64,000 bases of DNA from Gammaproteobacteria bacterium (GCA_965238225.1 OZ250183.1:864001-928000); one strand, 5' to 3'; shown: positions 51,294 to 62,745, counted from the first letter of the stretch. Notes: generated by a model from the sequence alone, not told the origin. Made by a program: numbers and translations.

Positions 51294-52415
51294 ATGGCAA
51301 AACAAGACTATTACACAGTGCTTGGTGTATCAAGGAATGCAGCAGATGCTGAATTGAAAAAAGCATACAAACGATTAGCAATGAAACATCATCCAGATCG
51401 GAATGAGGGGGACGCATCAGCAGAAGCAAGATTTAAGGAAGCAAAAGAAGCCTACGATGTATTATCTGATGAGCGTAAACGCACAGCTTATGATCAGTTT
51501 GGGCATGCAGGTGTTAATAATAGTGCGGGACAAGATTCCAGTAGCGCCAGCGATATCTTTGATAGTGTTTTTGGTGATATTTTCGGTGGTGATGCCTTTG
51601 GCTCTGGCAAACAGCGAGCTTATCGCGGTGCAGATTTGCGTTATGAATTGAGCTTAAGTTTAGAAGATGCCGTTTCTGGAACAACAGTCAGGATTAGAAT
51701 CCCGAAACTTATCAAATGCGGCAATTGTAGTGGTTCAGGAGCAAAGAAAGGCAGTACGCCATCGACTTGTCCTACCTGTGCAGGTCAAGGGCAGGTGCGT
51801 ATGCAGCAGGGTTTTTTCTCCCTACAACAGGCCTGTCCGCAATGCCGTGGACAAGGGAAAATAATTAAAGATCCGTGCACACAATGTCGAGGACAAGGAC
51901 GCGTTAAAGATATTAAAAAAATTTCGGTTAAAGTACCGCCTGGCGTTGATAATGGCGATCGTATTCGACTCTCGAATGAGGGCGAGGCAGGGGAAAATAG
52001 TGGGTCGCCAGGTGATTTATATGTCCATGTGAATGTGCAAGAACATGCAATCTTTGCCAGAGACGATATTAATCTTCATTGTGAGGTGCCGATAAGCTAT
52101 GCAGTAGCAGCGCTGGGAGGTGAGATTGAAGTACCAACATTAGGAGGTTATGTGAAACTGAAGATTCCTGCTGCAACTCAAAGCGGCAGATTATTTCGCC
52201 TGCGAAGTAAGGGTGTAAAATCAGTGCGTTCTTCTGTAGCAGGAGATTTATTTTGTCGTGTGGCTGTGGAGACACCAGTCAATCTTACTAAAGAGCAAAA
52301 AAAATTATTTCAAGAACTTGAACATACTATGAGAAAGGGCGGAACAAAACATAGTCCACAAACTTCATCATGGTTGAACGGGGTTAAGAAATTTTTTGAC
52401 AACATGAAAAATTAA
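51294..52415 (+). CDS. dnaJ: Chaperone DnaJ
   Basis: HPD motif, four CxxCxGxG repeats. Confidence 0.99.
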   Translation: MAKQDYYTVLGVSRNAADAELKKAYKRLAMKHHPDRNEGDASAEARFKEAKEAYDVLSDERKRTAYDQFGHAGVNNSAGQDSSSASDIFDSVFGDIFGGDAFGSGKQRAYRGADLRYELSLSLEDAVSGTTVRIRIPKLIKCGNCSGSGAKKGSTPSTCPTCAGQGQVRMQQGFFSLQQACPQCRGQGKIIKDPCTQCRGQGRVKDIKKISVKVPPGVDNGDRIRLSNEGEAGENSGSPGDLYVHVNVQEHAIFARDDINLHCEVPISYAVAALGGEIEVPTLGGYVKLKIPAATQSGRLFRLRSKGVKSVRSSVAGDLFCRVAVETPVNLTKEQKKLFQELEHTMRKGGTKHSPQTSSWLNGVKKFFDNMKN

Positions 52416-52458
52416 AAAATAAGCTATATAGATAAAGAAACCGGGTAGAGAAATATTC

Positions 52459-53262
52459 ATGGATACTAAAGTTGGGGTATGCGGTGCAGCGGGCAGAATG
52501 GGCAAGGTTATTCTGGAAGTGTGCAATGAGACAGAGAATATCGAAATAGGCGCTGCTATTGAGTGTAGCAGTTCTCCTATGGTTGGCATTGACGCTGGCG
52601 AGCAAGCAGGAATTGGCCTTATCGGTGTTTTAATCACGGATGATTTTTCTGAAATTGTTAATAAATTTGATGTGCTCATTGATTTTACAGTAGCTACATC
52701 ATTTACAGATAATCTTGCAAAGTGTCACGCTTCTGGCAAGAGCATGGTGATAGGCACGACTGGCCTTGATGATAATCAAAAAGAATTGATTAAAAAAACA
52801 GCCGAGGATATTCCCATTGTTTTCGCACCGAACATGAGTATCGGTGTAAATCTTTGCTTGAAATTACTGGAAACGGCAGCGCAGGTTATCGGCGATGATG
52901 CTGATATTGAAATTATTGAGGCGCATCACAGACATAAAAAAGATGCGCCATCGGGTACGTCATTACATATGGGCGAAGTGATTGCGGATACACTCGGACG
53001 TAACTTGAGAGAATGTGCGATTTATAGTCGCGAAGGCATTACTTCCGAACGTGATAAAAATACCATTGGTTTTGCAACTATTCGTGCCGGCGATATCGTC
53101 GGCGAACATACTGTCATGTTTGCCTTAGCAGGTGAACTTGTTGAAATTACCCATAAGGCCACTTCCAGAAAAACCTTTGCCTCTGGCGCAGTGCGGGCAG
53201 CACAATGGTTAAAAGGTAAAGATAAAGGCTTATTTAGTATGCAAAATGTATTAGGGTTTTAG
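52459..53262 (+). CDS. dapB: 4-hydroxy-tetrahydrodipicolinate reductase
   Basis: [21 protein letters not shown]. Confidence 0.98.
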   Translation: MDTKVGVCGAAGRMGKVILEVCNETENIEIGAAIECSSSPMVGIDAGEQAGIGLIGVLITDDFSEIVNKFDVLIDFTVATSFTDNLAKCHASGKSMVIGTTGLDDNQKELIKKTAEDIPIVFAPNMSIGVNLCLKLLETAAQVIGDDADIEIIEAHHRHKKDAPSGTSLHMGEVIADTLGRNLRECAIYSREGITSERDKNTIGFATIRAGDIVGEHTVMFALAGELVEITHKATSRKTFASGAVRAAQWLKGKDKGLFSMQNVLGF

Positions 53263-53315
53263 AAATAGCCAACCTGGCAAGCGGTGATTAATCTTTTTAG
53301 CCACCGTGTATGTGC

Positions 53316-53582
53316 TTATTTTTCTAGTGGATTTACTGTATTGATGCTCAGGGCATGAATTTCAGATTTCATCAAATCAGCGAGAGCCGAATAGACCATT
53401 TGATGTTGTTGGACGACAGACTGCCCTGCAAATTGCTTAGAGTGAACAGTGACATTAAAATGACCAGCACCACTGGCTGCGCCAGCATGTCCTATATGTA
53501 GATGTGATTCATCAACAACATCAACATGGCTAGGTGACAATTTACGTTCAAGCCGATTTTTAATTTCTGTAATGCGATCCAT
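53316..53582 (-). CDS. bolA: BolA family protein
   Basis: DESHLHIGH, HQMVY, IHALSI. Confidence 0.93.
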   Translation of the reverse strand: MDRITEIKNRLERKLSPSHVDVVDESHLHIGHAGAASGAGHFNVTVHSKQFAGQSVVQQHQMVYSALADLMKSEIHALSINTVNPLEK

Positions 53583-53588
53583 ATAAAT

Positions 53589-53885
53589 TTAAAACACTTT
53601 TTTAAAAGGTTTCACAATTACTTTTTCATAAACACCTGTAGAGCTATATGGATCTGCATTTGCCCATTTTTTTGCTTCCTCTAGTGAGTCAAACTCTGCA
53701 ACGATCAAGCTTCCTGTAAATCCAGCAGGCCCCGGATCTTCACTGTCTATCATTGGGTGAGGGCCGGCGATGAGCAGACGACCTTCATCCTGCAATGCCT
53801 GTAATCGTGCGATGTGTTCAGCACGCACACTTATTCTTTTTTCTAGACTATCATCAACATCTTGACTTATTATCGCGTAAAACAT
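53589..53885 (-). CDS. yciI: YciI family protein
   Basis: [23 protein letters not shown]. Confidence 0.94.
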   Translation of the reverse strand: MFYAIISQDVDDSLEKRISVRAEHIARLQALQDEGRLLIAGPHPMIDSEDPGPAGFTGSLIVAEFDSLEEAKKWANADPYSSTGVYEKVIVKPFKKVF

Positions 53886-53903
53886 TTTGCCAATACCTGA
53901 GGT

Positions 53904-54500
53904 TTACTCTTCTGCATTGGTATTTTCATCTTTTTCTAGCAAATCTTTAGGGATATCAGTATGTCGAAACATATAAAATATGGCACTTCCCATAAAAATT
54001 AAATTTAAAATGGTAATACCAAATACTTTAAAATCTACCCAAACAGATCTGTCAAAATTATAAGCTATATAGATATTTGCGATTCCAACAAGTATGAAAA
54101 AAAATACCAGGCTGATATTTAACTTAAACCAGACTGCATCTGGCGCGGATATTCTTTTATCTGAATACTGAACCATTCTTTGAAAGATATTTTTTTTGCC
54201 GATATATTGACTGCCTAATGCTATTAGGGCGAAAATCCATAATACGACTGTCGGCTTCCATTGAATGAATTTTTCATCATGCAAAAGCAGAGTGGCTCCG
54301 CCGAATAACAATACAATGCCGAGTGTAATAAGATGCATATTTTCAAAGCGTTTGTACATTAGCCAGTAGGCGGTTATTTGTATGAAACTGGCAACCATCA
54401 ATACGCTCGTGGCTATGTAGATACCTGATTCTGAGTCGCCCGCCATTTTAAAGGCGACAAAGAAGGTAAAAATTGGAAAAAAGTCGAATAGAAATCTCAT
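53904..54500 (-). CDS. yciB: Inner membrane protein YciB/IspZ
   Basis: FGGATL, FIQWKPT, WVDFKVFG. Confidence 0.94.
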   Translation of the reverse strand: MRFLFDFFPIFTFFVAFKMAGDSESGIYIATSVLMVASFIQITAYWLMYKRFENMHLITLGIVLLFGGATLLLHDEKFIQWKPTVVLWIFALIALGSQYIGKKNIFQRMVQYSDKRISAPDAVWFKLNISLVFFFILVGIANIYIAYNFDRSVWVDFKVFGITILNLIFMGSAIFYMFRHTDIPKDLLEKDENTNAEE

Positions 54501-54574
54501 AAAGGTAATATATACTCTATTACAGTTAGAGTGAATGTCGCAATCATATGGAAAAAATATAGATCGGACTATTT

Positions 54575-55198
54575 ATGACGCAAGTTCTTAAAATTCATCC
54601 AAAAAATCCGCAAAAACGCTTGATCCGGACTGCAGCTTTAATTGTACGCGATGGCGGTGTCGTGGTGTATCCTACCGATTCTTGTTATGCCTTGGGGTGT
54701 CATATCGGCGATAAAGCGGCTTTATCAAAAATTCGGAGAATAAGGGAGTTAGATAAAAAACATAATTTAACCCTGCTGTGTCGAGATCTCTCCGAGATAG
54801 GCATTTATGCCAAGGTACATAATTCATCTTTTCGCTTGATGAAAGCAGTAACGCCAGGCGCGTATACTTTTTTATTGACGGCAACAAAAGATGTTCCCAG
54901 TCGGTTGCAAAATCCCAAACGCAAAACCATTGGGCTGCGTATTCCTAAACATCAAGTGATTCTTGATTTATTAGAAGAATTGGGCGAGCCGATGATCAGC
55001 ACCAGTTTAATATTGCCTGGAGACGATGATCCAATGACCGATACGGAAGAGATTGCCGATAGATTGCGCGGGCAAATTGATCTGATAATAGATGCTGGCG
55101 CTTGTGGGTTATATCCTACAACAGTAGTGGATTTAGCGGATGGTCATGCCGTGATTATTCGTGAAGGATTGGGCGATATTTCTGCCATAGGCTTATAA
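54575..55198 (+). CDS. yciO: YciO/Sua5 (TsaC-like) family protein
   Basis: IHPKNPQKRLI, YPTDSCY, KRKTIGLRIP. Confidence 0.93.
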   Translation: MTQVLKIHPKNPQKRLIRTAALIVRDGGVVVYPTDSCYALGCHIGDKAALSKIRRIRELDKKHNLTLLCRDLSEIGIYAKVHNSSFRLMKAVTPGAYTFLLTATKDVPSRLQNPKRKTIGLRIPKHQVILDLLEELGEPMISTSLILPGDDDPMTDTEEIADRLRGQIDLIIDAGACGLYPTTVVDLADGHAVIIREGLGDISAIGL

Positions 55199-55313
55199 AC
55201 CAAGCCTGTCTACGCTTTGAGTCTACATTTAGTTTGGCCTGTGATTTCTAAGTAGTTTGGATATATAAGAGCAGGTATGCTATAAGCCTTAATTTTAATT
55301 ATGAGGGCTTTTC

Positions 55314-56525
55314 TTGAGCAGTACTATAAATCGGAGAGTTTTGTCCGGCATGAGGCCGACAGGGCAACTGCATCTTGGTCATTATCATGGTGTGCTCAAA
55401 AACTGGTTAAACTTACAAAACGAATATGAATGCTTTTTCTTTGTCGCAGATTGGCATGCATTAACTACTGAGTACAAAAACACCAATATTATCTCAGAAA
55501 GTGTTATAGGTATGGTAGTTGACTGGTTGGCCGTAGGCATTGATCCAGGTTCTGCCAAGATTTTTGTGCAGTCTCGCATTCAAGAACATGCCGAATTACA
55601 TTTATTGCTTTCGATGTGTACACCGCTTAGCTGGCTTGAACGGGTGCCAAGCTATAAAGACCAACAGGAAAAACTCAATCATAAAGATCTGACAACCTAC
55701 GGTTTTTTGGGGTATCCCTTGCTACAGACTGCAGATATCTTGATATATAAAGCGGGGAATGTGCCAGTTGGCGAAGATCAGGTTGCGCATGTGGAGTTAT
55801 CTCGGGAAATCGCCAGACGGTTTAATTTTCTCTATGGTAGAGAAGCGGGGTTTGAAGAAAAGGCAGAAGCTGCTGCTGCAAAAATGGGCAAAAAAAATAA
55901 TCGCCTGTATCAAGATTTAAAAAAAGAATATCAAGAACAAGGTGATATTGAGGTGTTTGAAAAAGCGCATGCACTAATTGAAGGTCAGCAGAACATCAGT
56001 ATCGGCGATCGAGAACGCTTAATTGGCTATCTAGAAGGTGGCGGCAAGGTCATCTTGCCAGAGCCACAAGCGCTTTTAACACAAGCCTCAAAGTTATTAG
56101 GTTTGGATGGGCAGAAGATGTCCAAATCCTATGGCAATACGATCGCTTTACGCGAGAACCCTGCTGTTATTGAAGAAAAAATAAAAAAAATGCCGACAGA
56201 TATAAATCGTGTGCGTCGTAATGACCCTGGAGATCCAGATAAATGCCCAGTTTGGAATTTTCATGAAGTTTATTCCAGCGATGAAGTAAAAAAATGGGTT
56301 CAAACTGGCTGTCGGTCTGCTGGTATTGGTTGCCTAGATTGCAAAAGACCTTTAATTGATTCTATCTTGAAAGAACAATTACCCATCCGTGAGAGAGCTA
56401 GGGAATATGAGAAAGACACTGAAATGGTGCGTGGTATTATAAGTGATGGCTGTGAAGCGGCAAGAGAAATTGCCAGAGCCACCATTGCTGGAGTAAAGCA
56501 AGCCATGGGTCTTGAATATAGATAG
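55314..56525 (+). CDS. trpS: Tryptophan--tRNA ligase
   Basis: SGMRPTG.LHLGH, VPVGEDQ, KMSKS. Confidence 0.97.
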   Translation: MSSTINRRVLSGMRPTGQLHLGHYHGVLKNWLNLQNEYECFFFVADWHALTTEYKNTNIISESVIGMVVDWLAVGIDPGSAKIFVQSRIQEHAELHLLLSMCTPLSWLERVPSYKDQQEKLNHKDLTTYGFLGYPLLQTADILIYKAGNVPVGEDQVAHVELSREIARRFNFLYGREAGFEEKAEAAAAKMGKKNNRLYQDLKKEYQEQGDIEVFEKAHALIEGQQNISIGDRERLIGYLEGGGKVILPEPQALLTQASKLLGLDGQKMSKSYGNTIALRENPAVIEEKIKKMPTDINRVRRNDPGDPDKCPVWNFHEVYSSDEVKKWVQTGCRSAGIGCLDCKRPLIDSILKEQLPIRERAREYEKDTEMVRGIISDGCEAAREIARATIAGVKQAMGLEYR

Positions 56526-56553
56526 CGTAGTATTATTAGAAATATAGCGATAT

Positions 56554-57408
56554 ATGCCAGATAAACCATTACCTGAAAGTAATTTTCAAGGTGAGTCTCG
56601 TCCTAACGATCAAATTCGTGACAAAGCCGTAGGCAATCAGAAAGAAATGCCATTTGCAATGGTTCGTGGCGAGCCTTTATCTGAAGTTCCTACGGATTTA
56701 TATATTCCTCCCAAGGCATTGAGAGTCTTTCTTGAGGCATTTGAAGGACCGTTAGATTTTTTACTTTATCTCATCAAGCGACAAAATCTGGATATTTTGA
56801 ATATCCCTATTGCTCAGATTACTGAACAATACATGTGCTACATTGATTTGATGAAAGAACTGCAATTGGATTTAGCAGGTGAATATTTATTAATGGCAGC
56901 GATGTTGGCAGAAATTAAATCGAGAATGTTACTACCGAAACCTATTGATGAAAATGAAGATGATCCTCGTGCAAATCTGGTCAGGAGATTACAGGAATAT
57001 GAAAGATACAAACAAGCCGCAGAAGATATAGATGCGCTGCCTAGATATGAGCGAGAAATATTTGCCACCATTGTCGAATTTCCAGATCGAAATTCCGTAC
57101 AACAAGAACCAGATGTTTCTATGGATTCCTTGCTCAGAGCATTTGCCGAAGTGTTGGTCAGAGCAGATATGTATACACATCATCGGATACACCGTGAAGT
57201 ATTGTCTGTTCGGGAACGAATGACCTTCGTGCTGGACAAGGTTAATGCCAATAATTTTATAGATTTTACAAAACTATTCACAGTAGAAGAAGGCCGCGGT
57301 GGCGTTATTGTTGCATTTTTAGCAATCCTTGAATTATTAAAAAATGCACTGATAGAAATGGTACAAAATAATAGTAATGACCCTATCTATATCAAGGCAG
57401 CATCGTAA
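56554..57408 (+). CDS. scpA: Segregation/condensation protein A
   Basis: FEGPLDFLLYLI, EIKSRMLLP. Confidence 0.95.
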   Translation: MPDKPLPESNFQGESRPNDQIRDKAVGNQKEMPFAMVRGEPLSEVPTDLYIPPKALRVFLEAFEGPLDFLLYLIKRQNLDILNIPIAQITEQYMCYIDLMKELQLDLAGEYLLMAAMLAEIKSRMLLPKPIDENEDDPRANLVRRLQEYERYKQAAEDIDALPRYEREIFATIVEFPDRNSVQQEPDVSMDSLLRAFAEVLVRADMYTHHRIHREVLSVRERMTFVLDKVNANNFIDFTKLFTVEEGRGGVIVAFLAILELLKNALIEMVQNNSNDPIYIKAAS

Positions 57409-57459
57409 AAATTTAGCTTGCATGAATATCCTTACATTAATATTTAAAGTCAAAAGAAG

Positions 57460-58104
57460 ATGAATCCAAAGCAATTAAAAAATATTGTTGAAGCTGCACT
57501 TATGGTCTCTGAAAAGCCGGTTAGTGTGAGTCAGTTATTGGTACTTTTTGAACAAGAAACAGATAGACCTGAAAAAGCAGATATTAAGGCTGCGATCGAA
57601 CAAATTATGAAAGACTACAGTGATCGAGGTATAGCGCTTAAGGAAGTTTCCAGTGGCTACTGTGTGCAGGTGAATGGTGAGTATTCAGATTGGGTCAATC
57701 ATTTATTTGATGATAGATCGCCAAGATATTCCAAGGCTTTACTGGAGACACTGGCAATTATCGCTTATCGCCAGCCTGTAACGCGTGCTGAAATAGAGGA
57801 GATTAGAGGGGTGAGCGTCAGTTCAAATATCATCAGGACACTACAGGAACGCAGTTGGATTCGTGTTGTGGGTCAAAGAGATGTCCCTGGCAGGCCAGAA
57901 TTATTAGCCACAAGCAAAGAATTTCTGGATTATTTTAACCTGAAAAAACTCACAGAATTGCCCCCACTTTCCGAAATAAAGGATTTTGATACAATTAATC
58001 CGGATTTGTTTGAAGCGCTGGAATCAGAGGCCAATAATGAAGTTGCCAAGGCACACCAGAAAATTAATTTAGATAAACAAGCGACAGTTAACCTAGACGG
58101 ATAA
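57460..58104 (+). CDS. scpB: SMC-Scp complex subunit ScpB
   Basis: LETLAIIAYRQPVTRAEIEEIRGV. Confidence 0.96.
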   Translation: MNPKQLKNIVEAALMVSEKPVSVSQLLVLFEQETDRPEKADIKAAIEQIMKDYSDRGIALKEVSSGYCVQVNGEYSDWVNHLFDDRSPRYSKALLETLAIIAYRQPVTRAEIEEIRGVSVSSNIIRTLQERSWIRVVGQRDVPGRPELLATSKEFLDYFNLKKLTELPPLSEIKDFDTINPDLFEALESEANNEVAKAHQKINLDKQATVNLDG

Positions 58105-58272
58105 ATAAAAACGCACGAGGAGTAAGATATTTCCTGCAATGGAGATAGAAGAAAATTCCACCAATGATGAAGATAATATCGTTCCTTTCAATTGATGGTA
58201 AGATATGATCATCATATCCATTTACCAGCATCAGAAAATATTTCCTGTAAAAACTTAACTGTAGTAAAAATA

Positions 58273-59103
58273 ATGTCTAACTCAAAAAACCCTGAACGTA
58301 TTCAAAAGGTTCTGGCGCGCATGGGGTTTGGTTCGAGACGTGAGATAGAGTCATGGGTAAAAGCAGGGCGGATTATGGTCAATGGGTCACTGGCTGCGCT
58401 TGGCGATTCGATTACTAGCGAAGACAAGGTTCAGTTAGATAAAAAGCAGATAAAATTTCTAAAAAAGATTGTTAACAAGCCAAGAGTTATCGCTTACCAT
58501 AAACCCGTTGGCGAAATTTGCACTAGAAAAGATACAAAAAACAGGGTTACCGTATTTAATAATTTACCCCCTTTAAAAGGTTCACGATGGGTAAGTATCG
58601 GTCGTCTGGATATAAATACCTGTGGCTTATTGCTTTTTACAACTGACGGAGACCTCGCAAACCGTTTAATGCATCCTTCATCGGGCATAGACCGTGAATA
58701 TGCAGTTCGCGTAATGGGTAAGGTTGATGAAAGTATGCTCAAGAAATTGCAAGAGGGTGTGGCGCTTGAAGATGGTTCGGCACATTTTTCTGATATTGTT
58801 GATTCTGGCGGAGAAGGCATCAATCATTGGTACCACGTTACACTTATGGAGGGACGCAATCATGAAGTGAAACGTCTTTGGGAATCCCAAGGTATCACTG
58901 TGAGTCGTTTGATTCGTGTTCGATTTGGTTCAATTTTCTTGCCCAGAAATTCGCGGGCGGGAACAATAAGAGAATTTAATGACAAAGAGATAGATGAATT
59001 ATACAAATATCTGGATATGAAGTCTGAGCCTTTACCTATCATGCACAATAAAAGTATGACAAGACATCCTGCAAAAAGGCAGTCAACCCGAAAGATATCT
59101 TAA
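58273..59103 (+). CDS. rluB: 23S rRNA pseudouridine synthase RluB
   Basis: S4 domain ERIQKVLA, GRLDINT, EGRNHEV. Confidence 0.93.
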   Translation: MSNSKNPERIQKVLARMGFGSRREIESWVKAGRIMVNGSLAALGDSITSEDKVQLDKKQIKFLKKIVNKPRVIAYHKPVGEICTRKDTKNRVTVFNNLPPLKGSRWVSIGRLDINTCGLLLFTTDGDLANRLMHPSSGIDREYAVRVMGKVDESMLKKLQEGVALEDGSAHFSDIVDSGGEGINHWYHVTLMEGRNHEVKRLWESQGITVSRLIRVRFGSIFLPRNSRAGTIREFNDKEIDELYKYLDMKSEPLPIMHNKSMTRHPAKRQSTRKIS

Positions 59104-59152
59104 AGGAAGCTAAACTTTGTTTTATTAATTTCGTGATATAAATACATTTTTT

Positions 59153-59806
59153 TTGGTGAAAGCAATATTAAAGCGCAGACAGTTATCTAAGGTTTATCAA
59201 CTTTTACTTACAGTCTATGGTGTGCAAGATTGGTGGCCGGCAGAATCAACTTTTGAAGTAATGGTTGGGGCAGTTCTAACGCAAAATACGGCATGGGTTA
59301 ATGTCGAAAAGGCCATTAGAAATTTAAAGCACGCAAAGTGTTTAACATTAGAAAGTATATTGGCATCGCCTCATACATCCTTAGCAAAACTTATCAGACC
59401 TTCTGGTTATTTTAATATCAAAAGCAAAAGATTGAAAAATTTATGCCTGTGGTTGCTTGAAAATGGAGGAGAGTCTAGCCTAGCCAAACTTGACACAGAA
59501 ACATTACGGTCGTCTTTGTTACAGGTTAATGGCATTGGTCCGGAGACTGCAGATGATATCCTGCTTTATGCCTTTAGAAGACCTGTGTTTGTTATAGACA
59601 GCTACACACGACGGTTATTTTCTGGCTTTGGTTTGATTGATGGAAATGAGCCATATGAAGTGTTACGGCAGAACTTCGAGTCCTCGCTTAATGCTGATGC
59701 ATGCCTATTTAATCAGTATCATGCATTGATTGTTAGACATGCCAAGGAAAAGTGCCTGAAGGCACCAGATTGCAGACATTGCCAAGTAGAAAATCATAAA
59801 CTGTAA
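59153..59806 (+). CDS. Endonuclease III-related HhH-GPD protein
   Basis: GAVLTQNTAW, GIGPETADDILLYAF. Confidence 0.88.
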   Translation: MVKAILKRRQLSKVYQLLLTVYGVQDWWPAESTFEVMVGAVLTQNTAWVNVEKAIRNLKHAKCLTLESILASPHTSLAKLIRPSGYFNIKSKRLKNLCLWLLENGGESSLAKLDTETLRSSLLQVNGIGPETADDILLYAFRRPVFVIDSYTRRLFSGFGLIDGNEPYEVLRQNFESSLNADACLFNQYHALIVRHAKEKCLKAPDCRHCQVENHKL

Positions 59807-59926
59807 GTAGTTGTGTATGAGCTTTTTAAGCACGTTCCTCGATTAATATTTACCTTAATCAGAGTATACTCAGACCGTTAAATATATTAAAATTCCCGCC
59901 CTTATTTGGTATGGGTTGATTGAGAA

Positions 59927-60691
59927 ATGACGCAACGCAGGCCATTGGTTGCAGCAAACTGGAAGATGAATGGAACGCTGGCCAGTGCTCGTTCTTTGTT
60001 AGATGGCATATGTCGCGGTCAAAAGGCAAGTTACCGCGCTGAAATAGTTATTTGCCCGCCTTCTGTCTATTTGTCTCAATCGGCAGAGAAACTGGATGCG
60101 TCGGGGATAGCATTAGGCGCGCAGAATATATCTCATCATGAGTCTGGCGCATTTACTGGCGAGATCTCAGCAGATATGTTGAAAGATTTTTCGTGCCAGT
60201 ACGTCATCATTGGTCACTCGGAACGCAGAGCGTTTTACGGCGAAACGGATGATTTGGTTGCAGCGAAGTTTATGCGGGCACAGGATGCAGGATTAATACC
60301 CATACTTTGTGTCGGTGAACAATTAACAGAAAGAGAATCTAAAGACACGGAAGTAGCGATTGAAAGACAGCTAAACGCTATTATCGAGATGGCTTCCGTT
60401 TCTGCATTTAATAATGCAGTGGTTGCCTATGAACCAGTTTGGGCGATTGGCACAGGTGTCACTGCAACACCTGAACAAGCACAAGAAGTGCATGCATTTG
60501 TAAGATTATTATTAGCAAGACACAATGATGCGGTGGCAGACAAGGTAAGAATAATTTATGGTGGCAGTGTGAAGGCTTCTAACGCAGTCGAAATTTTTAA
60601 CATGGCTGATGTTGATGGTGGTTTGATCGGAGGTGCCTCTATGGATGCCGATGAATTTCTTAACATTTGTCATGCAGCAAGGGGTGGTTGA
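59927..60691 (+). CDS. tpiA: Triosephosphate isomerase
   Basis: ANWKMN, GHSERR, AYEPVWAIGTG. Confidence 0.99.
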   Translation: MTQRRPLVAANWKMNGTLASARSLLDGICRGQKASYRAEIVICPPSVYLSQSAEKLDASGIALGAQNISHHESGAFTGEISADMLKDFSCQYVIIGHSERRAFYGETDDLVAAKFMRAQDAGLIPILCVGEQLTERESKDTEVAIERQLNAIIEMASVSAFNNAVVAYEPVWAIGTGVTATPEQAQEVHAFVRLLLARHNDAVADKVRIIYGGSVKASNAVEIFNMADVDGGLIGGASMDADEFLNICHAARGG

Positions 60692-60695
60692 TTTC

Positions 60696-61169
60696 ATGGA
60701 ATCATTACAATTAGTTTTACTTGTTTTTCAGGTTATCATCGCGATTAGCTTGATAAGCTTAATTCTTATTCAGCACGGTAAGGGTGCTGATGCAGGTGCC
60801 GCTTTTGGTAGCGGCGCATCTTCAACGATGTTTGGAAGCCAAGGCTCAGGTAATTTTTTAACTAAAACAACAGCTGTGCTCGCATTTTTATTTTTAAGCA
60901 ATAGCTTGATGTTGGGTTATATGGCAACGCAGCGAGTTGCAGACCCCACAAGCATTATGACAGAAGCGCCAGTGGTTATAGAAGATGAGTCGATTATCAC
61001 GGAAAGCGAACTATTGCTTGTGGAAGATGAATCATCTGCTATGGAAAGTGAAGCTATGACCGCAGAAGAAACAACAAAAGAAGAAGCAATTAAAACAGAT
61101 ATTCCGTCAGTGGAAGTTTCAGAGTCTGACGTTCCTTCCACCCCCAAAGATTCTATTCCCAGAGAGTAG
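60696..61169 (+). CDS. secG: Preprotein translocase SecG with a long acidic tail
   Basis: LIQHGKGADAGAAFGSGAS; tpiA-secG-tRNA-Leu synteny. Confidence 0.95.
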   Translation: MESLQLVLLVFQVIIAISLISLILIQHGKGADAGAAFGSGASSTMFGSQGSGNFLTKTTAVLAFLFLSNSLMLGYMATQRVADPTSIMTEAPVVIEDESIITESELLLVEDESSAMESEAMTAEETTKEEAIKTDIPSVEVSESDVPSTPKDSIPRE

Positions 61170-61195
61170 ATTGACGTTAAGCTTCATTAAACTTG

Positions 61196-61280
61196 GCCGA
61201 TGTGGTGGAATTGGTAGACACGCTATCTTGAGGGGGTAGTTCCGCAAGGAGTGCCGGTTCGATTCCGGCCATCGGCACCA
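61196..61280 (+). tRNA. tRNA-Leu(GAG)
   Basis: Cloverleaf GCCGATG...CATCGGCACCA, anticodon loop TT-GAG-GG, long variable arm. Confidence 0.97.
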
Positions 61281-61346
61281 TTTTAATATTCAAAGACGTC
61301 CAGAGTCATCCTTTGTATCTAATATAAACAATTATCTATAATGCAT

Positions 61347-61514
61347 TTAGACAGGCAAGAGCGAATTGAGAAGTTTAATTGTCTCGACATCCTTTGGGAT
61401 TATGTACTCTGTGGTTCCAGCGGAGCCTGTGCGAATTTCTATCATTGACCCTAGAAACGCGGCATTAATAACTCGTACTTTGCTTCCTAAAAAGTCGCCT
61501 TGAATTATCTTCAT
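61347..61514 (-). pseudogene. Short or truncated accessory gene (MKIIQGDFLG...)
   Basis: AAGGA RBS before the ATG at 61514; 55-aa ORF ending close to the tRNA. Confidence 0.35.
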
Positions 61515-61569
61515 TTTTTGTATATTCCTTATTGGCTTTATTGCACATGTTACGAGATAATCATACAGT

Positions 61570-62745
61570 ATGTTTGACAAGAAATGGAAAGATTTTGCTG
61601 ATTGGTGTAAAACATCTCCCGAAGAGACACCACCGATCAAATCTAACATGTCATACCTATTTAACCCACCAGCCCAACCCAACTCAATAGAAGCAGCTAC
61701 ATGGTCTGACTTCATAGAAGCAGCTAACTTAGAGATTGATCAATTAACTAACCAAACTCTTAAAATAATTAGCACTGCCAATTCTATCGTTACCAATAGA
61801 ACTGATGATGTATCGACTTATAAAATTCACACAAACAATACTAAGACAAGCATGCATGTTGCTTGTATTAACATTCGTCCCTCCCCTAATAATTCCAGTG
61901 CGTTAACAAAACTTAAACTAGAAATCGATAATTTATCGATAGGGTCAGTCGAAGTATCTGAAAATAATATACCTATAGATGGTTTAATATTTAAAAACTG
62001 TCGAATTCAGAAGCTAATTTTAAGTTCTCATGCCTGCGTCACATTGCAGGACGTGTCAATCGGCGAGCTACAGTTTAAAAATTTGGGCGGATTTAATGAG
62101 AGAAGACTTGTCGCCGTTAAGTATCTTAAAGTAAGCGGTGGATGTATATTAAATATAGATTGCCCATTGCCTCATGCTGATAATCCCTTTGATGGCAGTG
62201 TGATTATCAAAAATGTTTTTTTGCCAAGAACATCGAAAGAGTTCCCTATTAGGGATTCTCAACCATACAAAAATATAACACACCACCTTAGGGCAATAGA
62301 GAACACTCAAGCAGCAAATATATTTCACGCCGCCGAATTGGCCATTGAAAGGGAATTGCTTGGATGGTCTAACAAGCTAGTCAGCTATATTTACGAATAT
62401 TCATCTGATTGCGGTGCTTCTTGGTTTAGGCCTTTTCTTTGGTGGTTTGGAATCCTTTTGATTTCGGCGGGTGGTATTTGGTATGTGGATGGCGCAGTCC
62501 TGACGCTAGAGCATGATGCCTACAAGGGATTTAGAAATTCTCTTGTTGATTGCGCCCCTGCAAGAGCTTTCTATTTGAGCTTACAATCCATGGCTAACCC
62601 TTTGGGATTGTTCAGTAGTAAAGCATTAGTAATCGCAAAATCAGGTGGGTTAGCTATCTGGCTTGTGATTCAAAGTATCATTTCTGTAGTCTTGATAACT
62701 TTAATGATATCCGCAATAAGGCGAAGATTTAAAATACAAAATTAA
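61570..62745 (+). CDS. Hypothetical membrane protein (beta-rich N-part, C-terminal TM hairpin)
   Basis: 391-aa ORF; SDCGASWFRPFLWW-TM...SLQSMANPLG-TM-AIRRRFK. Confidence 0.7.
   Translation: MFDKKWKDFADWCKTSPEETPPIKSNMSYLFNPPAQPNSIEAATWSDFIEAANLEIDQLTNQTLKIISTANSIVTNRTDDVSTYKIHTNNTKTSMHVACINIRPSPNNSSALTKLKLEIDNLSIGSVEVSENNIPIDGLIFKNCRIQKLILSSHACVTLQDVSIGELQFKNLGGFNERRLVAVKYLKVSGGCILNIDCPLPHADNPFDGSVIIKNVFLPRTSKEFPIRDSQPYKNITHHLRAIENTQAANIFHAAELAIERELLGWSNKLVSYIYEYSSDCGASWFRPFLWWFGILLISAGGIWYVDGAVLTLEHDAYKGFRNSLVDCAPARAFYLSLQSMANPLGLFSSKALVIAKSGGLAIWLVIQSIISVVLITLMISAIRRRFKIQN

Noticed and set aside
55830-56050. Insertion in TrpS as a possible intein
   Set aside because: No intein terminal motifs; consistent with the ~400-aa proteobacterial TrpRS form
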